Shown one piece after another: positions 1 through 9,320 of a stretch of DNA of 32,000 bases. The position numbers and the translations under genes were made by a program. Every line of letters begins with the position of its first letter. The first letter of the stretch is position 1. The notes beneath the pieces are model-generated. The model searched no databases, was not told the DNA's origin, and saw only the letters and a list, made by a program, of their open reading frames with translations. Source of the stretch: Nanobdella aerobiophila (GTDB lineage: Archaea; Nanobdellota; Nanobdellia; Nanobdellales; Nanobdellaceae); the NCBI RefSeq assembly GCF_023169545.1, contig NZ_AP019769.1, forward strand, positions 510,001-542,000, in the 5' to 3' direction.

Positions 1-417
1 TTCTATAGAAGGTATATTAATTATATTCAATTCCTTAGAATATTTATTTATTATATTTTTGGTATATTTATATAGAGTTTTATTTAAATAATTACAAAAA
101 TCTTTCTTATTTTCAAAATTTACAATTATTATTTTTCTGGCACCATTTATTAAATATTTTCTCCTTATATTTTTTATTATTAATTTATATGGAACGCCAA
201 ATATTGATAATTTTTCTATATAATCTTTATTTATTTCTGTAATTTTATATTTATCTAAAATATCAATAACTTTTTCTTTTATTTTATTAATATCTAATAA
301 GTTTGTTTTTATTATAATTCTATCTCCTTTTATTTCTACATATAGATTTTTAGATTTTACTTTTTTTATTTCTAAATTAAATTCCAAATTATTTAACTTA
401 ATAACTTCTCTCGACAT
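1..417 (-). CDS. YgjP/DUF45-like zinc metallopeptidase, N-terminal part only (continues past left edge)
   Basis: Not in the ORF track. The minus strand is open from ATG at 417 to base 1: MSREVIKLNNLEFNLEIKKVKSKNLYVEIKGDRIIIKTNLLDINKIKEKVIDILDKYKITEIN...KYSKELNIINIPSIE. It resembles the N-terminal region of YgjP-like proteins. The expected HExxH would lie outside the window. Confidence 0.6.
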   Translation of the reverse strand, partial: MSREVIKLNNLEFNLEIKKVKSKNLYVEIKGDRIIIKTNLLDINKIKEKVIDILDKYKITEINKDYIEKLSIFGVPYKLIIKNIRRKYLINGARKIIIVNFENKKDFCNYLNKTLYKYTKNIINKYSKELNIINIPSIE

Positions 418-3400
418 TCTGGATAAATATTAGCATAATATTCTTTTAATTTCTTTATTATTTCTTCTCTTTTATTACTTTCTAGTTTATTTAGATTTAA
501 AACTATATTTTCTCGGATATTACGTACCAATTTATCGCAGAAGTCATTTTTATTTTTATTCTCTTCAATTACTTCTCTTATATTTCCAATTATATCTTTT
601 ACGATATTTATATCTTTTATTTTTTGATCTAAATTTAGATCATCTAATATCTTATATAAATATAATTCTTCATCAGATAACTTAGATTCTTTTCTAGTTT
701 TTTCATATTCATATATTTTATTTATATAGGTTTTCAAGGTTTCTAATGTTTTATAACCATTCAATTTCCCCTCATTATATTTTCTTATAGTATCGAATAT
801 CTTTTCTATTATATCCCTATATGTTATTTTTTTGTCTTCTTCATTTTCAAGTACAGCTACAGATTTAGATATCTTACTTATTACCATATTAACACGATCC
901 TTATTTTGTCCTATTTCATTATAATTATCAATCAAAGAACTCAAAATTATGAATTCATTATTTTCTCCCATATTATTTAAAGATTTTCTTATATTTTCTA
1001 TATCTTCTTCTTCTAGAGTTAAAAATTTCTCTATGTTTATCTTCTCTTTAAATTCTTCTATTATTTGTTCTATTTTTCCCTCTAATATTCCAATTTCTTG
1101 GCTTCCATCCTTTCTATTTTCTTTTATTTTCTTCAAACTCAAACAAATTAAATATAAAAACATAAATTTGTCTTTATATTTTTCTCTAAGGTTTAAAGGT
1201 ATTGCTGGCGAAATATATATTTTTTCAAATTCTTTAAATAAAGAAAAGAAAGTATTCATCAATTCTCCAGAAATTATCTTTCCAACTATATTATCAATTC
1301 TATTTTTTATTTCCTCAGGCTCATTTTTATTTTTTTGATAATATCCTATATAATCTGATAAATTTATTTGTATCTTTTTAAATATATTATCATCAATTAA
1401 ATTTAAGATATTCTCTATATCTTTCTCAATATTATCTATATCCTTTATTAAATATTTTGATATTTCCTGATAGTGTCCCTGTATATTTATATAAAGTTCA
1501 AAAGCTCTTCTTAATACATCTATTATACCTACAAAATCTACAACCAATCCATATTTCTTATTAGAATATCTTCTATTACATCTTCCTATTATCTGTAATA
1601 ATGTATGATATGTCATAACAGGTCTGTCTAAATATATTGTTTGTATTTTATCAAGATCAAAGCCTGTAGTTAATTTATTTACTACAACTAAAATTTTAGG
1701 ATTTTCGTCTTCTTTGAATCTATTTTTTATTTCTTCATTTATTTGATTATAATCTCTAATGCTTCCTTTTGTATACCTTTCCTGCAAATCTCTCAAATAT
1801 TCAAGTATTTCAACATCATCCTCATGTTCATTATAAGTTATTAAAGCTTCTACAGAATCTTTACCCAATTTTTCCTTTAATTTTTTAGCATATATAACTG
1901 CTATTTTTCTAGATGGTGCTATTATCAATCCTTTAAATCCCAAAGGTTCTACTTCTTTTTTGAAATGATCTGCAATCTTATCAGTAACTTTATTTATCCT
2001 ATCAGGATTTTTAAATATTAGATTAATTTTATTTATTTTATTTAATAATCTTTTTATATCTCTATCACTTATATATTCAGGATTTTCAAGGAAATCTTCT
2101 ATATCATAATAATCTTCTTTTTCTAAAAATTTTTTAATAACTTCCTCATATTCTTCTTCAGATACATTTTCTTTTTCTTTTAATAAATTTTTAGTTAAAC
2201 TAATTACATCATATTCAGGTTTATACAATATAGGTACAACAACGCCATCACTTTCAGCTTCGGATACAAAATATGTATCTACTACCTTAAATTTTTCTAA
2301 AGTATTTATATCTTTGCTTATAGCAGGAGTACCTGTAAACGCGATATAAAATGAATTAGAGAAAATATCAAATAGTTTTTTCCCTAGTTTACCATAAATA
2401 CTTCTATGGGCCTCATCTATAAATATGAAGATATCTTTTCTATTTTTAATTTGCATTATTTCATTTTCACTTAATAGTATACTTTCTAATTGATCTTCAA
2501 ATGTTATAGTATTATTTTTAATATCTCTGAATTTTTGTATAGTTAATATATAAATCCCAGGTTGTGGGTCTATTCCATACCTTAATCTTTCTTCTATTAA
2601 TTGTTTTAGGTTAACCTCTTCTACAGGAAATCCTAAATCTTCTTTCATTGAATTAAATAATTGGAAAATTTGATCCTTTAATTCTAATCTATCAACTAAA
2701 ATTATAACAACTGGTTTTATATTATTCCCTCTTTTCAATTTCTTTAATATATATTCTGCCAAGTAATACATTAATAATGATTTTCCTGAACCCTGATAAT
2801 GCCAGACTAGATAACTTTTATCTTCAGGATTTCCAAATAATCTTTCTTCAATTTTTTTATATAATTTTTCTGAAGTATAAAATTGAGGGTATCTTGGCAA
2901 TATTTTTTCTTCCTTATTGTATACTATATAATATTTAATAATTTTCAATAGATTTTCTCTATTTATCATAATTTCTAAAGTAGCATTTAATATGTCAGAT
3001 AAATCATTGGTATTTCTATTATTATCAGGTTTCCATAAAATTGTTCTTTTAGATTTTAAATTTTGAATATTATTGGAAATAATATCTTTCAAGACCTTTT
3101 CATCTATGGGAAAAGAATAAATTTTATCTGCAATAACCATACCCATTTGAAAAAATTTTATACAATTTTGTAACTCATATATATATACATTTAAAAGTTG
3201 GTTAAAACCATCTTCCCACTTATTATAAGATGGTCTTTCTATTTCTGCTATTATTATAGGAATACCGTTTATAAAGAATACAAGATCTAATCTTCTTTCA
3301 CCATTTTTAGTTATTACAGGTACTTCATCAGAAACTATAAATTCATTATTTCCTATATTTTCATAATCTATTAATTTTATGTTTTCTTTTATTTTTGTTT

Positions 3401-3686
3401 TTTCTAGTGTTATATATAAACCTTCTTTTAAATATCTTAAAATATCTTTTCCAGAAATAGCAGACTTAAACATATTATAAGCATTTTTTATATCTTCATC
3501 AGTTAATTCCTTATTTTTATTTATCTCTTTGATCTTATTAATAAATATATCTTTGATGATTAAACAGTCATTTTCTATATTTAGATCTTTTCCTCTTATA
3601 TTTTTCCATCCAGATTTCTCTAAATGTTCTATTATTTCCTCTTTATATTCCTGTTCTGATTCTATATTTTTATTGTTTATTATCAT
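393..3686 (-). CDS. hsdR: Type I restriction enzyme R subunit (HsdR)
   Basis: 1097 aa. N-terminal nuclease-like region (LDLVFFINGIPIIIAEIERP), Walker A HYQGSGKSLLM, DEAH box FIFIDEAHRS, AFTGTP, TTGFDLDKIQTIYLDRP and IGRCNRR motifs of the HsdR SF2 motor. Confidence 0.95.
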   Translation of the reverse strand: MIINNKNIESEQEYKEEIIEHLEKSGWKNIRGKDLNIENDCLIIKDIFINKIKEINKNKELTDEDIKNAYNMFKSAISGKDILRYLKEGLYITLEKTKIKENIKLIDYENIGNNEFIVSDEVPVITKNGERRLDLVFFINGIPIIIAEIERPSYNKWEDGFNQLLNVYIYELQNCIKFFQMGMVIADKIYSFPIDEKVLKDIISNNIQNLKSKRTILWKPDNNRNTNDLSDILNATLEIMINRENLLKIIKYYIVYNKEEKILPRYPQFYTSEKLYKKIEERLFGNPEDKSYLVWHYQGSGKSLLMYYLAEYILKKLKRGNNIKPVVIILVDRLELKDQIFQLFNSMKEDLGFPVEEVNLKQLIEERLRYGIDPQPGIYILTIQKFRDIKNNTITFEDQLESILLSENEIMQIKNRKDIFIFIDEAHRSIYGKLGKKLFDIFSNSFYIAFTGTPAISKDINTLEKFKVVDTYFVSEAESDGVVVPILYKPEYDVISLTKNLLKEKENVSEEEYEEVIKKFLEKEDYYDIEDFLENPEYISDRDIKRLLNKINKINLIFKNPDRINKVTDKIADHFKKEVEPLGFKGLIIAPSRKIAVIYAKKLKEKLGKDSVEALITYNEHEDDVEILEYLRDLQERYTKGSIRDYNQINEEIKNRFKEDENPKILVVVNKLTTGFDLDKIQTIYLDRPVMTYHTLLQIIGRCNRRYSNKKYGLVVDFVGIIDVLRRAFELYINIQGHYQEISKYLIKDIDNIEKDIENILNLIDDNIFKKIQINLSDYIGYYQKNKNEPEEIKNRIDNIVGKIISGELMNTFFSLFKEFEKIYISPAIPLNLREKYKDKFMFLYLICLSLKKIKENRKDGSQEIGILEGKIEQIIEEFKEKINIEKFLTLEEEDIENIRKSLNNMGENNEFIILSSLIDNYNEIGQNKDRVNMVISKISKSVAVLENEEDKKITYRDIIEKIFDTIRKYNEGKLNGYKTLETLKTYINKIYEYEKTRKESKLSDEELYLYKILDDLNLDQKIKDINIVKDIIGNIREVIEENKNKNDFCDKLVRNIRENIVLNLNKLESNKREEIIKKLKEYYANIYPECREKLLS

Positions 3687-5016
3687 TCTCTAATATCTTA
3701 ATTCTGATTTCGCCAGTTAAAAGCTTTTTCATAAACCATTTTTTAACTTCAATTATCAATTCTTTCTTCCTTTTTAATAGGTCTATCTTTCTATCAATAG
3801 TACTTAATACATCTGCTATCGATTTTTGTTCCTCTAGGGGAGGTACGGGAACTGGACTATCTAAGATGATTTCTTGTGTAAGATGTGGAAGAGTTGTAGT
3901 TTTAATAAATTTATTCCAAAAAGGTTGAAAATATAGATACCAATAATATAAAAATTCTATATCAACAATCTCTTCCTTTGGTATAATACCAATGATTTGT
4001 TGATTTGTTGCTATAGGTATTTTGTTAATCTTTAAAAATCCTATAGATCCATATGCTGATAATAATAAGGAATCTTTTGGAATTATCCATGCATTAGAAT
4101 TTTTTAAACCATATTCAGTAATATACTCCTCCGTCTGATATGAGTATTTGCCAGTTTTTGTTATATCTTGTGCCTTTATAAAAGGAATATCTCCATTCCA
4201 GTACTCAGAAATATTCCTGCTAGGAGTTCCTCCCATTTTAGCTTTTATTACAATATCTTTCAATTTCTTTACTTCCCATTCCTTAGGAATTTTATTAATC
4301 CCTATTTCTATAGAAACATTTCCTAGATCCTTAAAATTAGTTTCTTTATAAAATCTATAAATATTATTTTCTTTCTTTATTCTTATTTTACCATATAATA
4401 ATAAATTCATTAGATTTTTCTTTAATTTCTCCGTTTTTTCTATTAAATTATTTATATTCTCTATTTCTCTATCAATAGTACTTAATACATCTGCTATCGA
4501 TTTTTGTTCCTCTAGAGGAGGTAGAGGAATTGGTAAATATTCTAAGTCACTTTTTTTTATAGACTCAAAAGTAGTGCCTGATGACTGTCTTTTTATTGTT
4601 GGTGCCATATAAACTAAGTAATAATATAGATAAGATGAATTAAGTAAAGTATTAGTAGGAAAAATGGCAGCTATGCCTCTTCCAATACAAAGTTCACGAT
4701 CAGCTATATTTACATCTCCTACTGGTGCCCTAACTGAAAATAAAATTGAGCCTTTAGGAGCTTTCTTATTACATATAGTAGTAAAAGTTGTGATAGAAGG
4801 ATACATATCTCCAAAGTCTCTGCTTCCTTGAATGAAAGGTAAACCCCCCCCTCTATTGTTATATGCCGATGATGGCGGAGATTGTCCCATCATTATATTT
4901 GAAACTTCGTTTAATCTCTTTACTCCCCATTCCTTAGGAATTTTATTAATCCCTATTTCTCTAGAAGTATTTTCTAGATCCTTAAAATTAGTTTCTTTAT
5001 AGAACTTTATTGCCAT
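3670..5016 (-). CDS. hsdS: Type I restriction-modification specificity subunit (HsdS), two target-recognition domains
   Basis: 448 aa. Two copies of the pattern 'INKIPKEW.VK.L ... PLPPLEEQKSIADVLSTIDR.I', typical of two-TRD HsdS. Confidence 0.93.
   Translation of the reverse strand: MAIKFYKETNFKDLENTSREIGINKIPKEWGVKRLNEVSNIMMGQSPPSSAYNNRGGGLPFIQGSRDFGDMYPSITTFTTICNKKAPKGSILFSVRAPVGDVNIADRELCIGRGIAAIFPTNTLLNSSYLYYYLVYMAPTIKRQSSGTTFESIKKSDLEYLPIPLPPLEEQKSIADVLSTIDREIENINNLIEKTEKLKKNLMNLLLYGKIRIKKENNIYRFYKETNFKDLGNVSIEIGINKIPKEWEVKKLKDIVIKAKMGGTPSRNISEYWNGDIPFIKAQDITKTGKYSYQTEEYITEYGLKNSNAWIIPKDSLLLSAYGSIGFLKINKIPIATNQQIIGIIPKEEIVDIEFLYYWYLYFQPFWNKFIKTTTLPHLTQEIILDSPVPVPPLEEQKSIADVLSTIDRKIDLLKRKKELIIEVKKWFMKKLLTGEIRIKILENDNKQ
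3793..3837 (-). repeat. 45-bp perfect direct repeat in hsdS, copy A (partner 4471-4515)
   Basis: atcaatagtacttaatacatctgctatcgatttttgttcctctag is identical in both copies (encodes LEEQKSIADVLSTID). Confidence 0.95.
4275..4350 (-). repeat. About 76-bp near-identical direct repeat in hsdS, copy 1 (partner 4926-5001)
   Basis: cccattccttaggaattttattaatccctatttct...ctagatccttaaaattagtttctttata in both, with only a few mismatches (encodes YKETNFKDL..IEIGINKIPKEW). Confidence 0.9.
4471..4515 (-). repeat. 45-bp perfect direct repeat in hsdS, copy B (partner 3793-3837)
   Basis: Identical to 3793-3837. Confidence 0.95.
4926..5001 (-). repeat. About 76-bp near-identical direct repeat in hsdS, copy 2 (partner 4275-4350)
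   Basis: See 4275-4350. Confidence 0.9.
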
Positions 5017-5345
5017 CTTCTTACTCTTTTTATATGGACATTATAAAATTTGGCTATTACCTTAGCATTTTTAGTCAATTTAGCTCTAGATGACATATAT
5101 AATAAAGGTTTTCCTCTTAATTTTTTAGATTTTTTTACTAATTTTTTTATATCTGAAGATTTTAAAGTTTGTTTTCCACTTTTTACCTCTATTACATATT
5201 TTTCATTATTCTTTTCTGCTAATATATCAACTTCAAATTTTTTCTTTCCATTAAGTCTTTTTATTAAATTTCTTTTTACTTTATATTTACTTCTTTTCAA
5301 TTTATTTGCAACAAAACCTTCAAATTTTCTTCCTTTTCTAACCAT
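5007..5345 (-). CDS. Small PD-(D/E)XK nuclease (archaeal Holliday-junction-resolvase/RecB-like fold), embedded in the hsd operon
   Basis: 112 aa. GRKFEGFVANKLKR...KFEVDILAEKNNEKYVIEVKSGKQ: E..D(x12)ExK pattern as in Hjc-like and other archaeal PD-(D/E)XK proteins. Confidence 0.75.
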   Translation of the reverse strand: MVRKGRKFEGFVANKLKRSKYKVKRNLIKRLNGKKKFEVDILAEKNNEKYVIEVKSGKQTLKSSDIKKLVKKSKKLRGKPLLYMSSRAKLTKNAKVIAKFYNVHIKRVRRWQ

Positions 5346-5348
5346 CTC

Positions 5349-7085
5349 TTATATAATATTAGTTATATCCTCTATCCAGCCTATTATTTTCGCATCTATA
5401 TTTGATATTTCTTTCTGTATACTATATAACTCTTCTTTTATAGCTTTTATATCTATATTTTCTTCTTCAACAATCTGAGAAACATAAAGATTTACATTCA
5501 AACTATAATCATTTTTAATTACTTCTTCTATTGAAACAATTTTAGAAAATCCTGAAATTTCTTTCCATTCTTTATATACTTCTAGTATTTTTTTAATTCC
5601 TTCTTCAGATAATTTATTCATTTTTCTAATATATGGATGATCTTCATAATATTTAGAAGCATCTATAAATAATATATTTCTTTTTCTTTCTAGAGATTTG
5701 TTCTTATTAAATATTATTATAACTCCTGGAGCTCCAGTATTATAAAATAATTCATCTGGTAACAAAATTACACACTCTATTAAATCTTTTTCTAATATTT
5801 TTGCTCTTATAATTTTTTCTTTCCCACCTCTAAATAAAGCACCATTATCTATTATTATACCAACTTTTCCATTATCATTTACTGCATATAATGATAATTC
5901 TATCCATGCCCAATCTGCAGAGTTATTTGGTGGATATCCAAATATGTCGTATACATTTTTTGCAATTTTCGATTTCTTTAAATTATCTGAAGGATAATCC
6001 ATATTCCATGGCGGATTAAATATTACTATGTCGAATGGTTTATCATCAATGAATAAAGGATTTGTTAAAGAATCTCCTTCATATAATTTTATATTTTTTC
6101 CAAGATCTATTCCATGTATTATAAAATTTAATTTTAATATTGCATAAGTATCAGAGTTTATTTCTTGACCTTCTAATATCAATTCTTTAGCGACATCTTC
6201 ACCATACTTATCCTTAACATATTTATATGCTTCTATTAACATACCTCCAGATCCTGCTGCAGGATCTAATATTTTTTTTCTTTCTTTTGAAGGTTCTGTT
6301 ATCTCAACTAAAAGTCTTATAACTTCTCTTGGAGTAAACAACTCTCCAGCCTTCTTTTGAGCCGGCATAAATTGTTCTATTAACCATTCATATGCATTAC
6401 CTAATGCATCAAAACCTAATTCTGAAAAATCAAATCTATTAAATATTTCCATAACATTTCTAATTCTTAAATCAGAGCCTTCTTTTCCTATTAAATCGTC
6501 TATAAATCTTAATAATCTATTAATAGAATCTGATAGCTCTTTATTTTTATCTGCAATATTTTTTAATGCATTTCTAATATTTTCTGTAATTTTTTCAGAT
6601 TTATTCAGAACATTTTTAAATAAAAATTCATAATCTATTTTTATTTTATGATAATCTTGATTTCTTGCCTCTTCTTCAGCTTCTTTTTCAGATAATCCTT
6701 TAGAAATAAATTTTTCTTTTAATTCTTCATATTCTTTTAACCATATATCGCTAATTGCTTTATATATTAATATTATTAACAATATTTTATATCCTTCAGA
6801 CATATCTCTTACCAGATCTGCAGCTTGTTTTAAAGAACTTGTCAATCCAGATTGATTTAACTCATTTAATCTTCTTAATTTATATATTCTTATTCTTTCA
6901 TCATTTTCATCTTTACCAACTTGAACAATTTTTCCTTCTTTTTCTAATCTATTAATAATTGTAATTAAAGTATCTCTATTATAATTAAAAATATTTCTTT
7001 TTAAAATATCTTCTATAGTAAACTCTTTTTCTCCAAAAGATTCTTGCAACTTTAGATATATTAAATCTAACTTTCTTTGAGGCAT
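5349..7085 (-). CDS. hsdM: Type I restriction-modification methyltransferase subunit (HsdM) with an extra N-terminal winged-helix-like segment
   Basis: ORF 5349..7163. The likely start is the internal ATG at 7085 (MPQRKLDLIYLKL). SAM motif LDPAAGSGGMLIEAY, N6-adenine motif IVIFNPPW, and VTPREVIRLLVEI-like segment FTPREVIRLLVEI. Confidence 0.93.
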   Translation of the reverse strand: MPQRKLDLIYLKLQESFGEKEFTIEDILKRNIFNYNRDTLITIINRLEKEGKIVQVGKDENDERIRIYKLRRLNELNQSGLTSSLKQAADLVRDMSEGYKILLIILIYKAISDIWLKEYEELKEKFISKGLSEKEAEEEARNQDYHKIKIDYEFLFKNVLNKSEKITENIRNALKNIADKNKELSDSINRLLRFIDDLIGKEGSDLRIRNVMEIFNRFDFSELGFDALGNAYEWLIEQFMPAQKKAGELFTPREVIRLLVEITEPSKERKKILDPAAGSGGMLIEAYKYVKDKYGEDVAKELILEGQEINSDTYAILKLNFIIHGIDLGKNIKLYEGDSLTNPLFIDDKPFDIVIFNPPWNMDYPSDNLKKSKIAKNVYDIFGYPPNNSADWAWIELSLYAVNDNGKVGIIIDNGALFRGGKEKIIRAKILEKDLIECVILLPDELFYNTGAPGVIIIFNKNKSLERKRNILFIDASKYYEDHPYIRKMNKLSEEGIKKILEVYKEWKEISGFSKIVSIEEVIKNDYSLNVNLYVSQIVEEENIDIKAIKEELYSIQKEISNIDAKIIGWIEDITNII

Positions 7086-7211
7086 ATTATATTTATTAGG
7101 CAAAAATTTTATATATCTATCATATAATATTATATTGTTAGATAAATCATAAAAACATAACAATAAAATTGCTGCCGATAAACATATAAAGTTTTATTAC
7201 AATAACATAAT

Positions 7212-7424
7212 ATGGCACAAATAATAAAAATAGGAAACATGAGAGGAAAAGGCATAATAGCAATAGGTTTTATATTCGGATTGATATTCTATTTTTTAGG
7301 GATGCATATAGGCAATGAATTTATAGTAGATTTAGGAGTGTTTATTTTATTAACAACAGCAATATTATTTTTTATTTACGGATTGTTAGGAGCCATAGGA
7401 ATAATCAACAGAATATTTAAATAA
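7212..7424 (+). CDS. Small two-helix membrane protein, unknown function
   Basis: 70 aa with two hydrophobic segments (GIIAIGFIFGLIFYFLGM; LGVFILLTTAILFFIYGLLGAIGII). Divergent from the hsd operon. The start may be internal at MRGKG. Confidence 0.55.
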   Translation: MAQIIKIGNMRGKGIIAIGFIFGLIFYFLGMHIGNEFIVDLGVFILLTTAILFFIYGLLGAIGIINRIFK

Positions 7425-7734
7425 TATAAATACTAATTTTTTATAAAATATTTTTTATACATAATTTTATTATTTATTATTTTTCATCTTATTGTTTAAA
7501 TAAAATTTATTTAAATATATCTTATAACCATAGCACTCTAAATAATATTTATAAATTTAAACAAAATTAGAAACATTCTTATAATTTCCAGGTACCAAAT
7601 TTAACCAAATTTAATAAAATTACCCAATATGGTTAACTACTATACACAAAATTTGTTATAAAAGATATTCTATAAAAATTAAAGAAGATAAATAAAATAT
7701 AACACAGTAATATAAGATTTCATTATTAAAAAAA

Positions 7735-8961
7735 TTAGCTTATTTTAATATACTTAATTTCTTCTTGAGGTGTTTGTTTAATATAAGCAACTTTTATATT
7801 TTTTATTGGTATTCTTATTTCTTCTTCAGAATTTTTATTGTCGAACATTATGTAAGCATAATCGAAGTCTATAAAATATACTCTGCCATATCCATAATCT
7901 GGGAAATCTATAATGAAAATCTTATCTCCAAAGTATAGATCTAATCCTATAAAAGTTTTAAAAGATCCCACAAGTACCGACAATAGGCTAATTAAATATG
8001 GGATAATTATAGTAAAATAGTTTTCTAATACAAAGTACCAAAATTTATTATTTAAAATATTACTGACTATTACATTGTAATTTTCTATTAAATATCCTAA
8101 TAAAAGCGAGAAATAAAATATAAAAAACGCTAATATATAGATCTCCTTTCTTTTTGACAAATTCAAATGAGAGTTCTTAATAATTATCATACAAGCTTTA
8201 AGTGCTTTAAGATAAGTATGTAAAAGATAATAAAGTATAGGGATTATTAGAGTATAAGTAAGTATAGTACTAAATATAGAAATAACACCGGAAAACGAAA
8301 ATAAAAACTTGATAGAAGAATACTCTATTATGTATAATGTTTCTTTATATATATCTAATAAATTTTGTATAGAAAAAATAGGTAGAATAAGACTAGCTAC
8401 TGATATGGATAGGATGATTGTAATAAGGAAAAATATTATACTAGATTCATTTATATCTTTTTTATTGTATAGTACATCTTTGTTTGTTCTTTTGATTTTT
8501 CTTATTACATTACTGGTGGATATCTCAAGTAGACAAATACTATATTTAAAAATTATAAAAACAAAAATAAAAGCGCCGATAAAAAATACTAATATAGAGG
8601 TATGTACAAAATTAAATAATATCAATAGGATAAGTGATATATATGATGATACTCCCAGAATAAAAACTCCCAGTGAAATTTCACCTTTAAAATACTTAAT
8701 ATTATCATAATAACATCTAAAAATTCTTTTAATTGATGAAAAATTAGTTAGATAACAATTCAATTTTAAATATTTTGGTACAGCAATTATAATTATAGCT
8801 AAAATTATTATGACAATTGTCAAATAAGAAAATCTTATTTTAATGACTGTAAGTATCATAGTAATGATAATAAATATTGCGAATAATAAAAACAAAGGAT
8901 TTAATTTGATGAAATTGTTAATAATCTCTTTTATTTTATTCAAAAATCTTGTATTTATCAT
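7735..8961 (-). CDS. Polytopic membrane protein, unknown function
   Basis: 408 aa with many hydrophobic segments and a soluble acidic C-terminus; no family recognised. Confidence 0.6.
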   Translation of the reverse strand: MINTRFLNKIKEIINNFIKLNPLFLLFAIFIIITMILTVIKIRFSYLTIVIIILAIIIIAVPKYLKLNCYLTNFSSIKRIFRCYYDNIKYFKGEISLGVFILGVSSYISLILLILFNFVHTSILVFFIGAFIFVFIIFKYSICLLEISTSNVIRKIKRTNKDVLYNKKDINESSIIFFLITIILSISVASLILPIFSIQNLLDIYKETLYIIEYSSIKFLFSFSGVISIFSTILTYTLIIPILYYLLHTYLKALKACMIIIKNSHLNLSKRKEIYILAFFIFYFSLLLGYLIENYNVIVSNILNNKFWYFVLENYFTIIIPYLISLLSVLVGSFKTFIGLDLYFGDKIFIIDFPDYGYGRVYFIDFDYAYIMFDNKNSEEEIRIPIKNIKVAYIKQTPQEEIKYIKIS

Positions 8962-9320
8962 AAAAGATATGATTATATATTTTCCTTAAAAATATAACTA
9001 GTAAAATATAGGCATAAATAATCATAAATTACATATTAATAGAATTATGAGGAAATAAAAATAATATGTATAATATCTATAATGCATTATGATATACTCT
9101 ATCACAAAATTTTTGAATCATAAATATAAAAATAAATAATGAACTACTTTACAATTAATCCTAAATTTTACTTATAAATAATACCTTTTTAGTTCTTAAT
9201 GAAATATATATTCTTTTATCTTTTACTGTGTTAAATAAAATATAAACAGATTTTCTAAAATAACAAAATTCTTTAAATTAATTAGAAAAATTTTAAAGAT
9301 TTTTCAAGAAACCAACATTA

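Noticed and set aside
949-1338. Plus-strand ORF of 129 aa
   Set aside because: Antisense to hsdR; low-complexity S/F/I-rich translation typical of the shadow frame of a K/E/N-rich gene.
4148-5478. Plus-strand ORFs 4148-4351 and 5050-5478
   Set aside because: Antisense to hsdS, the small nuclease and hsdM, all of which have clear motifs; F/S/L-rich shadow translations.
6755-6955. Plus-strand 66-aa ORF
   Set aside because: Antisense shadow of hsdM.
8309-8710. Plus-strand 133-aa ORF
   Set aside because: Antisense to a longer membrane protein ORF; no motifs of its own.
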